From NCBI RefSeq assembly GCF_006345805.1, contig NC_043005.1:77934001-77998000 (forward strand): a stretch of DNA of 64,000 nt, in the 5' to 3' direction. Below are positions 1 through 13,930 of the stretch, one piece after another (position 1 is the first letter of the stretch; every line of letters begins with the position of its first letter). Below the pieces are notes generated by a model. The model saw only the letters and a program-made list of their open reading frames with translations. It searched no databases and was not told the DNA's origin. The DNA comes from Octopus sinensis. Taxonomy: Eukaryota. The translations under genes were made by a program, and so were the position numbers.

Positions 1-273
1 GTGGTTAGCGGTGCAGCCTATTTAAATATCGCCACTGCGCTTATTTATTTCTTTTAAACGTTATTCATCTTTATACTGTAATTCGTGAACGAAAGAGTCG
101 GTGGTCACTGGTTTTGAAGGTGGCAATTAATACCTGGATTACAGTATTTATGGAAGCTAGAGTGGAAAGCGGCGTCTGCGGATCGGTGCAACTGACTACA
201 TCCCTGGAAAGAACCTTTTCAGAAGACACTTGGCGTACATCCTTCGCTATAGATATATAAATACATAAGTACA

Positions 274-304
<31 letters not shown>

Positions 305-535
305 CATACAGATATACAAATTATACTTGCATACATATATTTATATACATATATACGTAGTAAATACAGCCTTACACATACGTATTTAGGTATTTAGATG
401 CATATTTACACTCATACGTAAATATTTACGTGCGTTTAATTCACACGTACGTACGGACATGCTTTCATCTATCTATCCACCAATCCACCTACGTACATAC
501 ATACATATATTCACACATACATATATATACATATA

Positions 536-858
536 ATGATTTGGGAAAGAGAGGAGAAACTGCGCACAGTTGTGGAAATTAGCTGCAGAACGGATGTTAA
601 CATAAAGCTGAAGATCAGCGAAAAAGGAAACACCTACTATTGAGAAATCTGCGGTCACTCTATCCAGATTACAAGCTTAGGTTTACACCTGTAATTATTG
701 AGGCACTGGGATATGTAACACACTGCCTAAATACCAATCTTGAGAAATTAGGCTTCTCAAAACCAAAAACGAGAAAGCTAATTCAAAGACTACAGATCCA
801 ATCCATCACTGGAACTGTAAAAACCTGTAAAACTTTTCAGAAATTTAAATATATATGA
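536..858 (+). mobile_element. 3' fragment of an RLE-type LINE (R4/Dong/NeSL-like)
   Basis: MIWEREEKLRTVVEISCRTDVNIKLKISEKGNTY / LRNLRSLYPDYKLRFTPVIIEALGYV...LQIQSITGTVKTCKTF matches the PD..(D/E)xK nuclease C-terminus with the PV-IGALG motif. Frameshifted. Confidence 0.75.
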
Positions 859-1010
859 GAATATATGAGAATCATTTAAATACATATGAGAATGTCTAGA
901 TATGCTACTATATACATGAGAATGTATACATAAAACAAGACATACGAATCTGCACATATACTTACATGCATGAATGCATCTATACATAAATACATATGTA
1001 CATACAAAGG

Positions 1011-2421
1011 GGCGAAACTACAAGGACTTTCCGGATTCCGTCTGATGAGGAAATCGGCTACGAATGATACGTGTATCTTATTTTTGCATTGTTTGCTGTT
1101 TGTCGTGTTGTCCTCTGTTTTTCAACAGGTTTTGTTGGTTCCCGTTTGTTGTGTTCTTTCTGTTCTACCTTTGATTTATCCATGCGACGCTCCATACAGC
1201 CTGTTGTTTGCTTTGTTAAAAAAGATATCCCTTGAATATTATGTGCGACTCTCGCCCTCTTTTCCTTCCTTTTCTCCCTTATTCCTTCCTTTTCTCTGTG
1301 TGTCTTTTCTCTCTTTGTCTCTGTGGGTCTCTTTCTCTCTTTCTCTGTCCCTGTCTCTGTCTCTCTGTCTCTCTGTCTCTCACTCTCTCTTCGCTTTTCT
1401 CCCTTATTACCTTCCTTCTCTCTCTCTGTCTCTTTTCTCCCCCTCTCTCCCTTTCCTTCACCCTCGTTCCTCAATCCCTCTGATTTCATTTTCCCTCTCT
1501 CGTATTCCTTAATCCCTTTTCCTCCCTCCCTCTTATGCTTCAATCCCTTTGCTTTCCTTTCTCACCTCCTTTGTACCTTTCTCACCTCCTTTGTACCTTT
1601 CTCTCTCTCTCTTTGCCTCTCTCTCCCTCCCTCTCATTCTTTAGTCCCTCTGATTTCTTTCCCCTCTCTCTTATTCCTTAGTACCTCTGCCCCTTCAACT
1701 CCCTCCCTCATCTACCACGTGATCACTGTCCGGTTAAGGTATTGTCGTCCTTTTTCGACCAGCCGCCTTCCAGGCTGGTCGCGCTCGTCTGTCCTCCCGC
1801 CTGGTCTGTTAAGTTTTTCCATTTTTCCATGTTTCCTTTGCACCAGCTTACTACGCTTGTCTGATAGAAAGACCTTTTCTCTTATTCATTTATGTTGTAA
1901 TTGTACAATTATTTTTCGTTTGTTGTATAGCGGAAAAGCACTTGTTCATTGTATACGTATTATTCTTCTTCTGTTGCACTTGCATTACTATTTCATAACG
2001 TTACGTTCGTCCGATTGTCGAAATACTCTTTTTGTTATTGACTTATTTGTATTCGTATATGTACAAAAATGTCTTTCCCTTCTGTTGTATAACCGAAAGG
2101 CGTTCTGTTGTACGTATATAATTCTAGCTTTCTCGTTTTTTGTTCCTGTTTTCCTTCATGTATATATTCGTTTGCCTTTCCCAGAGGCTTAATGCTTTTA
2201 GCTTAAGTCTCTGGCACCCACCGGATTCGAGTAGTACCGGAGATAAGGAGGCGAAACTACAAGACTTTCCGGACTCCGACTGATGAAGAAAATCGGCTGC
2301 GAATGATTCCTGTATTTTGTTTTTGTTCTGTTTGCCGTTTGTCGTGCTATCGTCTATTTTCCCTCATGTTGTGTTTTGTTGGTTTCAGTGTGTTGTGTTC
2401 TTTCTGTTCTACCTTTGATTT
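1011..2421 (+). repeat. Diverged direct repeats (1011-1177, 2250-2421) flanking CT-rich sequence; possibly PLE/LTR-like
   Basis: Both start GGCGAAACTACAAG..CTTTCCGGA.TCCG.CTGATGA and end TGTTCTTTCTGTTCTACCTTTGATTT. Confidence 0.55.
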
Positions 2422-3855
2422 TTACAAACATACACATACATACATACATACATACATACATACATACATACATACATACATACATGCATACATACATACA
2501 TACATACATACATACATACATACATACATACATACGTACACACATACATACATACAAACATATGTACATAGATGCTTACAAACGTACGCAGATGCATACG
2601 TACGCACATACATACATACAGAAGGACATACATATGCATGTACATATATACAATCATATATAAATACGCACACATACACACGTAATTACATACATGCATG
2701 CATAGATACATACGTGCATACATACATACATACATACATACATACATACATACATACATACATACATACATACACACATACATACAGAAACTGGATTTGC
2801 GGAGTATATAAACAGACTTGCTGCTCGTTTCTCTGGATTGGTCAAAAAATGCAGACACCTCTGACGAGAAGACAATAAGGTTTGAAAATTGATTAAGGAT
2901 GTTCGTAATATTTTTTTATTTTACGGAGAAATAGTTAAATTTACGCTGCTTGTATATCTACAACATAAGTTACATAAATAAAAAAAAGACCTGCATTATT
3001 TTGTCAAATTTCAACCGCAAGGTATCGGTCAGTCTGACTCTGAATTGAGAGTGGAATCGTATCTGGGAAGAGAGCTGTTACGAAACGAACTTCTTAATCC
3101 CACAGCCATTACTGGTACTGATAGCGAAACGTCTCTCTTTGGAGAATGAGCATTAAACTCCTGCCGGAGCCTCGTGGAGCTTTAGGTGTTTTTTGCTCAA
3201 TAAACATACACAACGCTCGGTCTGGGAATTGAAACCGCGATCCTCCGACCGCGAGTCCGCTGCCCTAAACACTGGGCCATTGAGTCACCACAACCGACGG
3301 AATGCCAACTGCTTTTTCGATTTTTAATTTAGTGCTCTCAAACAAGTATTCTTTGCATACACTCAACACAAACACACACACACACACACACATTCAATAC
3401 ACATACAACACGCACGCACACACATACACACGCACGCACGCACGCACACACATACACACACACACACATACTCACGTGTGTGTCTATGTATGTATTTGTG
3501 TGAGTAAAAATGCACAAAAATTTCATGGAAACTAAGGACCAGTGGCAACAACGACAACAACAATTAGTAAAAAAAACAAACAAGTTTAATGACCAGAAAA
3601 TAAAAACAACAACAACAACAACGACATCAACATCAACAACAAAACATTAATTGCAGTAGCAACCAGAATATGAACAGCGTCCATATCCGTAGCTGCAAAA
3701 CTAATTCCTCACTCTCTTTGCAAAAACTGATAGAGCAACATTTCAAGCCCTAAACTCACATTGCCACAAGAGCAGATATTTGTGGGGAAGGTGGTAGTGG
3801 TGGTGGAGGTGGTGGTGTTGAAGGTGGTGGTGGTGGCGGTAGTAGTAGTAGTAGC

Positions 3856-3887
<32 letters not shown>

Positions 3888-3899
3888 GTGTAGCATTAA

Positions 3900-3950
<51 letters not shown>

Positions 3951-4000
3951 AAATGTATGTAGTAGCGATTGCAGAAATAGTCAGGAAAATTCTGTAGAGA

Positions 4001-4216
4001 TTTACTCTTTTACTTGTTTCAGTCATTTGACTGTGGCTATGTTGGAGCATCACCTTTAGTCGAGCAAATCGACCCCAGGACTTATTCTTTGGAAGCCTAG
4101 TCGGTCTCTTTTGCCGAACCGCAGAATTACGAGTACGTAAACACACCAGCATCGGTTGTCAAGCAATGTTGGGGGGACAAATACAGACACACAAACACAT
4201 ACACATACATACATAC

Positions 4217-4277
<61 letters not shown>

Positions 4278-4447
4278 TATATATGACGGGATTATTTCAG
4301 TTTCCGTCTACCAAATCCACTCACAAGGTTTTGGTCGATCCGAGGCTATAGTAGAAGACACTTGCACAATGTGCCACGCAGTGGGAATGAACCAAGAACC
4401 ATGTGGTGTGTAAGCAAGCTACTTACCACACAGCCATTCCTACGCCT
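4001..4447 (-). mobile_element. tRNA-derived SINE family B with internal microsatellite and CR1-like 3' tail
   Basis: The head resembles GGCTGTGTGGTAAGTAGCTTGCTT...GGTTC; the body resembles CAAGTGTCTTCTACTATAGCCTCGG...GATTTGGTAGACGGAAACTG. An internal (TA)/(TG) tract precedes a tail ending TCAAATGACTGAAACAAGTAAAAGAGTAAA. Confidence 0.8.
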
Positions 4448-4928
4448 TGACATTATAATTGATTGAAATTTTAATAATCTCTGCTATGTTTCTTGGTCTT
4501 CAAATCTCCGACGTCTCCTGCAACATGTAACCCAACAAACTCACTAATCTGCCAATTAATCTACCAGTTAATCTACATCGCACCATGCAGAAATAATGAA
4601 CCGGTAAACAAAGTTTGCATTAATGTCACAGATCCTAGAGCAACATTGGTTTCAAATCTTGGAACAAGGCCAGCAATTTTGGGGAATGTGGCAAGTCAAT
4701 CATACCGACACTAGTACTTGACTGGTACTTATTATATCGCCCCCGAAAGGATGAAAGTCAGGGCAGACCTCAATGGAATTTGAACTCAGAACATGAAGAT
4801 AGGTTAAATGCCGCTAAGCATTTTGTCCGGCGTGCTAGTGTTTCTGCTAACTCACCACCTAATAATAAAAATAATGATAATAACAATAACAACAACAACA
4901 ATAATAATAATAATAGTAGCACTACTAC

Positions 4929-4972
<44 letters not shown>

Positions 4973-6007
4973 ATGATGTTGGTGCTGGTTTCAAATTTTG
5001 GCACACGGCCAGAAATGTTTGCGGACGGGGAAAGTCAATTACGTCGACCTCAATACTTGACTGGTTCCTTATTTTATCGAACCCGAATGAATGAAAGACA
5101 AAAGTCGACCGCGGCAAAATCTGAAATCAAAACATATGGGGGACCGTGCTGTAAAATATTTTACCCAAGAAAGTGCATAAACAAACAATTCGAGGCCCAT
5201 GGCAAAGCTGTATTATATTAACTTAGGAGTATCGGGGGGGGGGGGAATCATAAAATTACTTTTCAGTGCATCGCTGGACCTAAAACTGGTCGGGTTTTCT
5301 GAGCTAATATCTCCAGCTACTGCAGGAGAAATATTTCTGTTGGCAGAGTCATCTGGCATTACGTACTTTTTCATGAGAAGTTCTACACGTTTGAAACAGC
5401 TGTAGAGAACCACAATCCATCTGTTGTCTCGTTAATTTTTCACCTAACTCGGAAGTTGCAATTCATTTGGATTTGGAGTCTATACACAATAGTGTATTAT
5501 GTGCAGTGAGTGTAATATGCGCATGCGTGACCTTTATGATTCGTTGTTTATTCTGTCAACCATTTGTGAATGTATGCATAACTAGAGAAGAAATCCGTGT
5601 TTACTTATGTGAATACGTATTTGTCATTATACATTGTTTGTATACAATAGCTCTATCACCGACCCGAGTTTTGTGCATTCATTATTTAAATAACTGATTT
5701 TATCGAATCCTGGAAGTTTTATGTGTATAAGATAAACAAGCAGAGGTATGTGACAGTCATGACTTGACTGGTGTTTCAGGCGCACTATGGGTATATGCTT
5801 TAGCAACATCCATATGTAATAGATGCGAAATGTGTCATAGATGGATTTGTTAACCTAAGTCGGGGGCTGGAGTTTAAATGCTCATCCCTCATAGCATCAC
5901 TCTGACATATCTATACTACGATTACTTTGCGTACTCTTAAACTCACACACAAACACACACACACACACATATATGCACACATTCTCATTCCTAAGGTATT
6001 TTCGATG

Positions 6008-6038
<31 letters not shown>

Positions 6039-6107
6039 AATTATCATTATTATTATTATTACTATTATTATTATTATCATAACTACTACTACTACTATTA
6101 TTATTAC

Positions 6108-6165
<58 letters not shown>

Positions 6166-6301
6166 GTTATTATTATTATTATTATTCAGGTAACTGCTTG
6201 GAATCGTACTCGGAATCTTGGGGTTTGTAGCCCGCGTGCTTATCCATCCGTCAAACGTAAATAATGTACATAATTCCTCAACTGTGTTTTATATATATAT
6301 A

Positions 6302-6706
6302 TACTAGCAGTATCACCCGGCGTTGCTCGGGTTTGTAAGGGAAATAACTATATAAGCATTTTTAGAGATGTAAAGTATAATAGCCATCTCAATATGGCTA
6401 ACCACAAAGGGGGGGGGGGTGTTACTGTAGCTTTTAACGTTCTGAGATTTAATAATACATTTTTAGAGAGTTACTTCCCTTATATAAACCGAGCGAAAAT
6501 GCATTAAAAATACGGAAAAATTATGGTAAACTTTTTTTAAATCGTAGACTCATCGTAGACGCGCGCTAATACCCAGAAGGGCTCGATATGAACCACGACT
6601 ATAAGATACCCGGTTTTGGTTAAACTGCACCGCAAAATGTGGGAGTAGTTAGGAATCTAAATCGTAGGAGACAGACAGCACACAACCTTACTTTTATATA
6701 TAAAGA
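6302..6706 (+). mobile_element. Non-autonomous Helentron/DINE-1-like element (~400 bp)
   Basis: Starts TACTAGC, has the subterminal hairpin ACCCG-gcgttgct-CGGGT, a (GACA) repeat near the far end, and ends TTTTATATATAAAGA. A second copy lies in reverse at 38815-39212. Confidence 0.6.
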
Positions 6707-7499
6707 TATATATATATATATATATATGTACGTATATATAAGGATTGTCTTTAGGTTAGTTTTCATTTACTTAATTCATAATTTAATTTGGTATCAAAAA
6801 GTTACAGTACCAGTTACATAACTTGTGGCGTAATGCAAGTCTAATCTTGTTACGCATTCTGGCAAAACTGACAACCAAAGACATCTAGATGACACATTCA
6901 GATTGTAGTGAACACCAATAGAGAAATTACTTGATAGTAAACGTTTTCCTCTACTCTCTAAACATCATATTTAGGCATATACTTATGTACACATACATAA
7001 ATGTTTCAGATGAGCATGATAATTTTTTAGCGATATATTCTTTTGTTTAAGTGACATAAAAATTGGAATGAAACAAAATGGATTAACATTAATATTATTC
7101 ATGAAAACAAAAGAGTTTTTTTTTTTTTCCCATCAATTGCAATTTCAATAATTGCTGTTCAATAATTCCAGCGTAGAATTATTCTATTCATACTTAAGTT
7201 ATATAACTTACAAAATCAGTATATGTTTATAGAAAATACGGTTTCCTATATTTATATATTCACTACGCACAAAAAACATAATTTCTATTTTCACACACAC
7301 GCACATATATATACATACACGTTTAAACACACACACACACACACACACACCTATACACTTATATATATATATGTGTGTGTGTATGTATATATTCTTATAT
7401 TCATATATATATATATATTATATATATATATGTATGTATATATATGTATATATATGTATATATATGTATATATATATCTATATAATATATATATATGTA

Positions 7500-7577
7500 T
7501 ATATATATAAATATATATATATATGTATATATATATAAATATATATACATATACGTATATATATATATATACACATA

Positions 7578-7636
<59 letters not shown>

Positions 7637-8000
7637 TATATATATATATATGAATGCAGTGAATAAGAGAAGAGAAGAGATATTGTTTTCTCGTCACCAT
7701 CACTTGAATATATGTATACCTATTTATTTTCTATTTTCCATTCCCAAATATTTCCATTCTATAGAAAGTATATTGTTTTTAATAATGAATTTTATGTCTT
7801 TAGTTATCATAAAAAAGTAACAATTTTCTCGAAAATTTTCTCGAACTTCTATATATTTAAAAAATGTAAATACATATGCATGAATGTATGTATGTATGTA
7901 CGTGTGTACGTACGTACGTACGTATGTATGTATGTGTGTATGTATGTACACGTTTGTATGTATGAATGGATTGTTATATATATATGCGTGTATGTATGAT

Positions 8001-8039
<39 letters not shown>

Positions 8040-8042
8040 GTA

Positions 8043-8079
<37 letters not shown>

Positions 8080-8156
8080 AATATATATACATATACGTAT
8101 ATATATATATATACACATACAAACACACACACACACACACCACACACACACACACA

Positions 8157-8196
<40 letters not shown>

Positions 8197-8565
8197 GAAT
8201 GCAGTGAATAAGAGAAGAGAAGAGATATTGTTTTCTCGTCACCATCACTTGAATATATGTATACCTATTTATTTTCTATTTTCCATTCCCAAATAATTCC
8301 ATTCTATAGAAAGTATATTGTTTTTAATAATGAATTTTATGTCTTTAGTTATCATAAAAAAGTAACAATTTTCTCGAAAATTTTCTCGAACTTCTATATA
8401 TTTAAAAAATGTAAATACATATGCATGAATGTATGTATGTATGTACGTGTGTACGTACGTACGTACGTATGTATGTATGTGTGTATGTATGTACACGTTT
8501 GTATGTATGAATGGATTGTTATATATATATGCGTGTATGTATGATTATATATATATATGTATATA

Positions 8566-8570
<5 letters not shown>
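7500..8570 (+). repeat. Tandem duplication, period 545 bp
   Basis: TGAATGCAGTGAATAAGAG... at 7651 and 8196. The non-microsatellite parts are nearly identical. Confidence 0.9.
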
Positions 8571-8641
<71 letters not shown>

Positions 8642-8683
8642 CGTACATACATGTATTTGTACATATGTATATACACATACACG

Positions 8684-8717
<34 letters not shown>

Positions 8718-8901
8718 ACTATCTACGTATATATGTATTCACACACACACAGACACATACACACAAACATATATATACATATATTGAAATGTATAGCTAA
8801 ATATCTACGCATGTATATGTATATGACTGTGTATATATATATATATATATATATCTATATAATATATATAATATATATATATAATATATATATATATACA
8901 G

Positions 8902-8935
<34 letters not shown>

Positions 8936-9339
8936 GTAAATATATAAATGTGTGTGTGTGGTGTGTGTTTGTGTGCAGATATTTATTCATAAATATTTAC
9001 TTAACCAGTACAGCTTTAAAGTTGCTTTCAGTTGTTAAAAAAGAATGACATTACATTTGATTCACTACTTCCACCTGACAAAAGCTGTTCTTGCAGAAAC
9101 GTTACTATTTATGCTCTGTACGAATCATGCGATGCAGACGCAAAGACTTACTAAGCAGAATTTGAGCATTTAAATCCCAAGCAAAGCAATTTTATTAATC
9201 GATATATAGAAGCGATTGGAGGCAAATTTTAAGACTGTTTATTACGTGGACGTTTCCAACGTTAGAAACTTCGAAGTGCGTAACACGATTAAATTTTTCA
9301 GTATTATCTAGTCTATGCTTTTCAAAGACTAGATATTCT

Positions 9340-9735
9340 TTTCTACTCTAGGCACAAGGCCCGACATTTTTGGTGGGGATGCTAGTCGATTAGATCGACC
9401 CCAGTACGCAACTGGTACTTAATTTATCGATCCCGAAAGGATGAAAGGCAAAGTCGACCTCGGCGGAATTTGAACTCAGAACTTAGCGGCAGACCAAATA
9501 CTTATTTCTTTACTACCCACAGGGGGCTAAACACAGAGAGGACAAACAAGGACCGACAAATGGATTAAGTCGATTATATCGACCCCAGTGCGTAACTGGT
9601 ACTTAATTTATCGACCCCGAAAGGATGAAAGGCAAAGTCGACCTCGGCGGAATTTGAACTCAGAACTAAAGATAGACGAAATACCGCTAAGTATTTCGCC
9701 CGGTGTGCTAATGTTTCTGCCAGCTCGCCGCCTTT
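9340..9735 (-). mobile_element. Composite tRNA-derived SINE (family A; full copy joined to a truncated copy)
   Basis: Head GGCGGCGAGCTGGCAGAAAC...GAGTTCAAATTCCGCC with A/B boxes; conserved core GTCGACTTTGCCTTTCATCCTTTCGGGGTCGATAAATTAAGTACCAG. Confidence 0.8.
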
Positions 9736-9859
9736 AACAGATTAGATATTACTGGAAAAACTTTGTAAGATGGAATTGCAAAACTCCTGTGCGTTTGTGA
9801 ACTCTGGTTTCGGTAAATCTAATGCCTAACTTTACAGGACGGTTTTGTTTTCTGACTTT

Positions 9860-10185
9860 CTTGAAGAAAGCTCTTCGGTGTTTTTCTTCCCAGGGATCTG
9901 TCATCTCTACAATTTTTGCCACTTTTCTTGCACCCTATGACAAGGTAGGGCTTTTGTGACAAAAAAGTGAGAAGTGATATTTTCTATCAAACTCAACAGA
10001 GACCTTCCAAATCCCTTCCCATTTTGAATCATTGTCCTTCCTTACAGTAGCTAGCTTGCAGCCTTCACCTTCCCTGCAAAACGTAATCTTCCCATGCTCC
10101 ATAACTTGTGGTCTTTCACCATTGTTAAATCACTTTAACCCCTCCACCACCACATCACCTAATACTCTAAGAACAGTAGCTTGAA
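9860..10185 (-). mobile_element. Older, decayed HERO-like RLE LINE fragment
   Basis: Frameshifted translation FNNGERPQVMEHGKITFCREGEG...DSKWKG/IWKVSVEFDRKYHF...KIVEMTDPWEE parallels YNRGEYPKV...FHKEGKG...ERWKGYWEVATDL...LLELTVPWEE of the 22.8-23.8 kb element. Confidence 0.6.
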
Positions 10186-10594
10186 TATATCAGTATATAT
10201 TTACAATAATTACTCATTTAAACAATTAAAAAAATATTGCTACCTTCGACATATAAATGAAGCTGAATGTTATATCTTAGTTGTGTGTATTTAATGCGAT
10301 TTTGAGCACATTGAATCCTATACATATTAAATATTTTATATGATTATGTTTTGAATTGTTTCAGTTATTGGACAGCAGCCTCGCTGGGAAATTGCTTTGA
10401 AAGGAGGCTTTCAAACTTATCCCAATACTTTCATTTTTTTAAAGTCTGGCAGTTATTCTATCGGGTTCTTTTGCTGAACCGCCTACAGGAATGGAACAAA
10501 AGATGTGATTTTCCTACATCTGAATCCCTTCGCCAGATATTTTAATGTCACCAAGACATTAGATCACGCTTCTAACAAAGAACACAGAACTGCG

Positions 10595-10930
10595 TGTGCG
10601 CACACATCAGCCCACAGCCTCTTATCTCATCACTATCCGTCGCACTCACTTGTATGGACTCGTTCCCCACTTCCCGCCAGGTTATCCTACCAGGGCCTTA
10701 CTCGCATTCGACGTAGCTTCAAGTGGCTGGAAGTGGGCCCGTGGCAGGCCCCGCACAAGATAGCTGAACGTGATTAAGGAAGATCTTCAGAAGTTCGACG
10801 TTATGTTGGAGGATGCAAAGGGTCTGGCACAGGATATAGAGCATTGGTGGGCCTGGTTGGCTCTACGCACGATGACACCTCCGGGACCTGGGATGACCCT
10901 TACCCTATCAAGCAAGTGTATGTAACAAGA
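10595..10930 (+). mobile_element. 3' end of an RTE-clade LINE
   Basis: RRTHLYGLVPHFPPGYPTRALLAFDVASSGWKWARGRPRTR*LNVIKEDLQKFDVMLEDAKGLAQDIEHW matches the RTE C-terminal R..GHV.R...RGRPR.RW.D.I..DL...A.DR..W pattern. Confidence 0.75.
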
Positions 10931-13702
10931 AGAAGCAAGAAACAAGGCATAAAATACAAAACGATCGGATTTCATATTCCACAATATCTGATTATGTACA
11001 ATAATACCAATTTAAACCCACCCAGAGGTTTTTCGAATTCTAACAACTACAATTCAGCTAACTATAGAAAGTACAACCACAGATTCTAAATACTGGGTTA
11101 GAATTTAGGGTATTACTATAATTTCGGTGCAAATACTGCAAATTCATCATTGACAGACATTAGTTTTACTACCAATCAGTTTAAGACTCGATACAATACA
11201 TATACCTTTCGTACCCCAACTAAATACAACTTCACTTTAAACTAACATTTTGGGCTTACAAACTCTATTATACCTTTTGAGTTAGCTTACGAACTTCTTG
11301 AAGAAGCAAAATGATGTTGAAATGAAAAGAAATGTGACATTTGTATTTGGTAAAGTTTAAAGTACTCAACACTTTAGCTACCATACCGACAAATATAGCA
11401 TTTATCGAGAAACTATTATATCAACACAAAATAGTTTTACGAGTAACTATCACAGCGACACACATACCATCTTTCTAACTCCACTTTATAACTTAATTTA
11501 TTTCTTATTATATCCAATGGAAATTGCATCTATGTTGAGGACTCGAATGATTTCTTGGATTCTGATATTTAAAAATGAACCTCGCCGAGAACTTTGCGCG
11601 TACAGTCTGTGTGTATATTATAAAAATTGTGCAAATTAGATCAAGGAAATCAATTGTTATAGGATACCGATTATTCTTTGAATGACTCAGAAGATGATTG
11701 AAGTGCATCAGATAACAATGATGGGATGTTAGTATGTGGAAGCGAAGCCAACAGTATCAAAGGCTTTAAAGTTGATATTCAACATACTGTTCGATGCACG
11801 TGACCACAATAGCGGCCATGGACGTAGTACGTCTGTAGCGCTTAGGTCAGTGACATAAGATAAATATTGTGATAATAGTACGGATTCTGTAATCGGTGAT
11901 AACTGGTAGAGTTTGCTAAATCGAGAGAGTGATAAAAAAACTTTGAATTGAATGATTTTGATCACCGTCTATCGGGTCCAGTATAAACTCCAGTTGACAT
12001 TACGTCAGAAGATTTTGTTTTAGGGTGTTCTTGCTTTCGCTGGTTGGCGGTCAAGCAGGTGTCAAAAATAAATACTACATATGTAGTAGTAGTAGTAGTA
12101 GTAGTAGTAGGATATGGGGCCGTGCACTGTAACAGCGCGTCGCTGCGTTCACCATTGGTTGGTGATTCCCTATTCCTGGTGAATGAAACCTTTGCACCAC
12201 TCAAACGGCAATCCTCCAACCCATGGGTCTGTTTGGGTAGCCGTGAATGGTTAGGGTCTACCAAAACTGGAGTGGAAATTCTATCCCAACCTCCTTTAGT
12301 CGCGAGAGACAGAAGAAATGCTTGGTGTATATTCTTTGATATGCTGATCCCGACACATCACTAGAGCAACATGAAATGAATTGTTTTGCTCAAGAACACA
12401 ACGCATCGGTCTGTCTGGGAATCGGACCCACGATCTAGCGACCTGGTGATTGTGAGTGCAACACTCTAACCAAGCGAGTCAAATAATTATTATTACACGT
12501 ATCATGTGGCAAATAATTATTTCACGTACCATAGAACACCTTTGAATGATTTTGTGAAGACCTGCCAATGCGAGTTTATTTATTTGATTCGTGATGAATA
12601 TGAGGCGGATAAAAGAACCAACTGTTGTTTTATGCTGTAACTCTGATAAACATTCATATGATACTCCTGTATTACTTTCCTCAAGCGTTAGCTGAAAATA
12701 TGGAAATACTGTTGAAGCTAACCAACCGACTGTAGATCACATCTTGGGCACTGAAAATGATCTAAAGCATTTGTAGGCAAGAAATATTAAGTTTCACCAC
12801 ATTTTTCTATTGCTAAGATCATTACTGGAGCCACGGGTAGAGATGTTTCAGTAAAATATATATATGAGATGAGTGTAAAGAAATAACTCGAATGAGATCA
12901 GAAGAGATGCAACCAAGCCACTTCACAGACGAGATACACGTAGGGTAAGTTATACGGTACACCTGGCGGGAAAGCCTACAAGCATAGCCAACACTTCAGT
13001 GTGTGTAGTAATTTGTTAGAGAACCAATAGAGTAAAAAATATTACTTTGTGGTAAACAACCATTAAACAAATATTCAATCAACGGGAGAAACGCCGAGAA
13101 AGAAAATGTTTGTAACAGGGTCAGTTTGAAAAAATCGTTGTAGACTATCGAAGGAATAAAAGCAACGGCGAACCAATCCAGAAACAAAAGACCACTGATG
13201 TACATGAGAAAATGGTATCTTTTAGAAATATGTTCTATGAATAGGGGGCATTCTCTACTAACGCAAATCCCAAACCGTTGAAGTTGTAAAATATGTTGGT
13301 ACGGTAATCAGTGCGCCATGTGTTGTGGCTTTTTCTAGATTTTTCACACTTGATGTCTGGTCAGTTTTCTGGAAAGAATTTGATATTTGACGTGCTCGTG
13401 ATATGTTCTGTTTGATTTGATTGACACATGCTGCATATGCGCAACTTGTATCAACTTGTATGTTGTGTTGATTGTTTGTGGTGACGTTTATGGTAGTACT
13501 TTTTTGTCGTGTTACTGATTCTCTCATCAGAGAAAGGAATGCGGTTCAAAGTAAGGGAAGGAAAAGGAGACGAAAAAAGGGCAGAAAGAGGGAAGAATGA
13601 AGGGAAAGTTAAATAAACAATAACACCGTCGGCATTGCCATCGCCGCCGCCGCCACAGTAAAAACAACAAAAACTTAACTTTTTCACTGTCATTCACATA
13701 AT

Positions 13703-13930
13703 TATTTCTTTACTACCCACAAGGGGCTTAACACAGAGAGGACAAACAAGGACAGACAAAGGGATTAAGTCGATCACATCGACCCCAGTGTGTAACTGGT
13801 ACTTAATGTATCGACCCCGAAAGGATGAAAGGCAAAGTCGACCTCGGCGGAATTTGAACTCAGGACGTAACGGCAGACAAAATACCACTAGACAGTTCGC
13901 CCGGCGTGCTAACGCCTCTGCCACCTCACC
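13703..13930 (-). mobile_element. SINE family A, stand-alone copy with CCCCTTGTGGGTAGTAAAGAA tail
   Basis: Same head and core as the other copies. Confidence 0.8.

Noticed and set aside
1058-2192. Long Glu/Arg/Lys-rich and Leu/Ser/Phe-rich ORFs
   Set aside because: Translations of CT/GA low-complexity sequence.
3709-4152. Thr-rich mucin-like ORF
   Set aside because: Produced by (TAG)/(TGG) microsatellites and a SINE tail.
11000-11520. Possible second PLE GIY-YIG remnant (NQFKTRYN...TFR)
   Set aside because: Only one short motif is recognisable; too degenerate to call.
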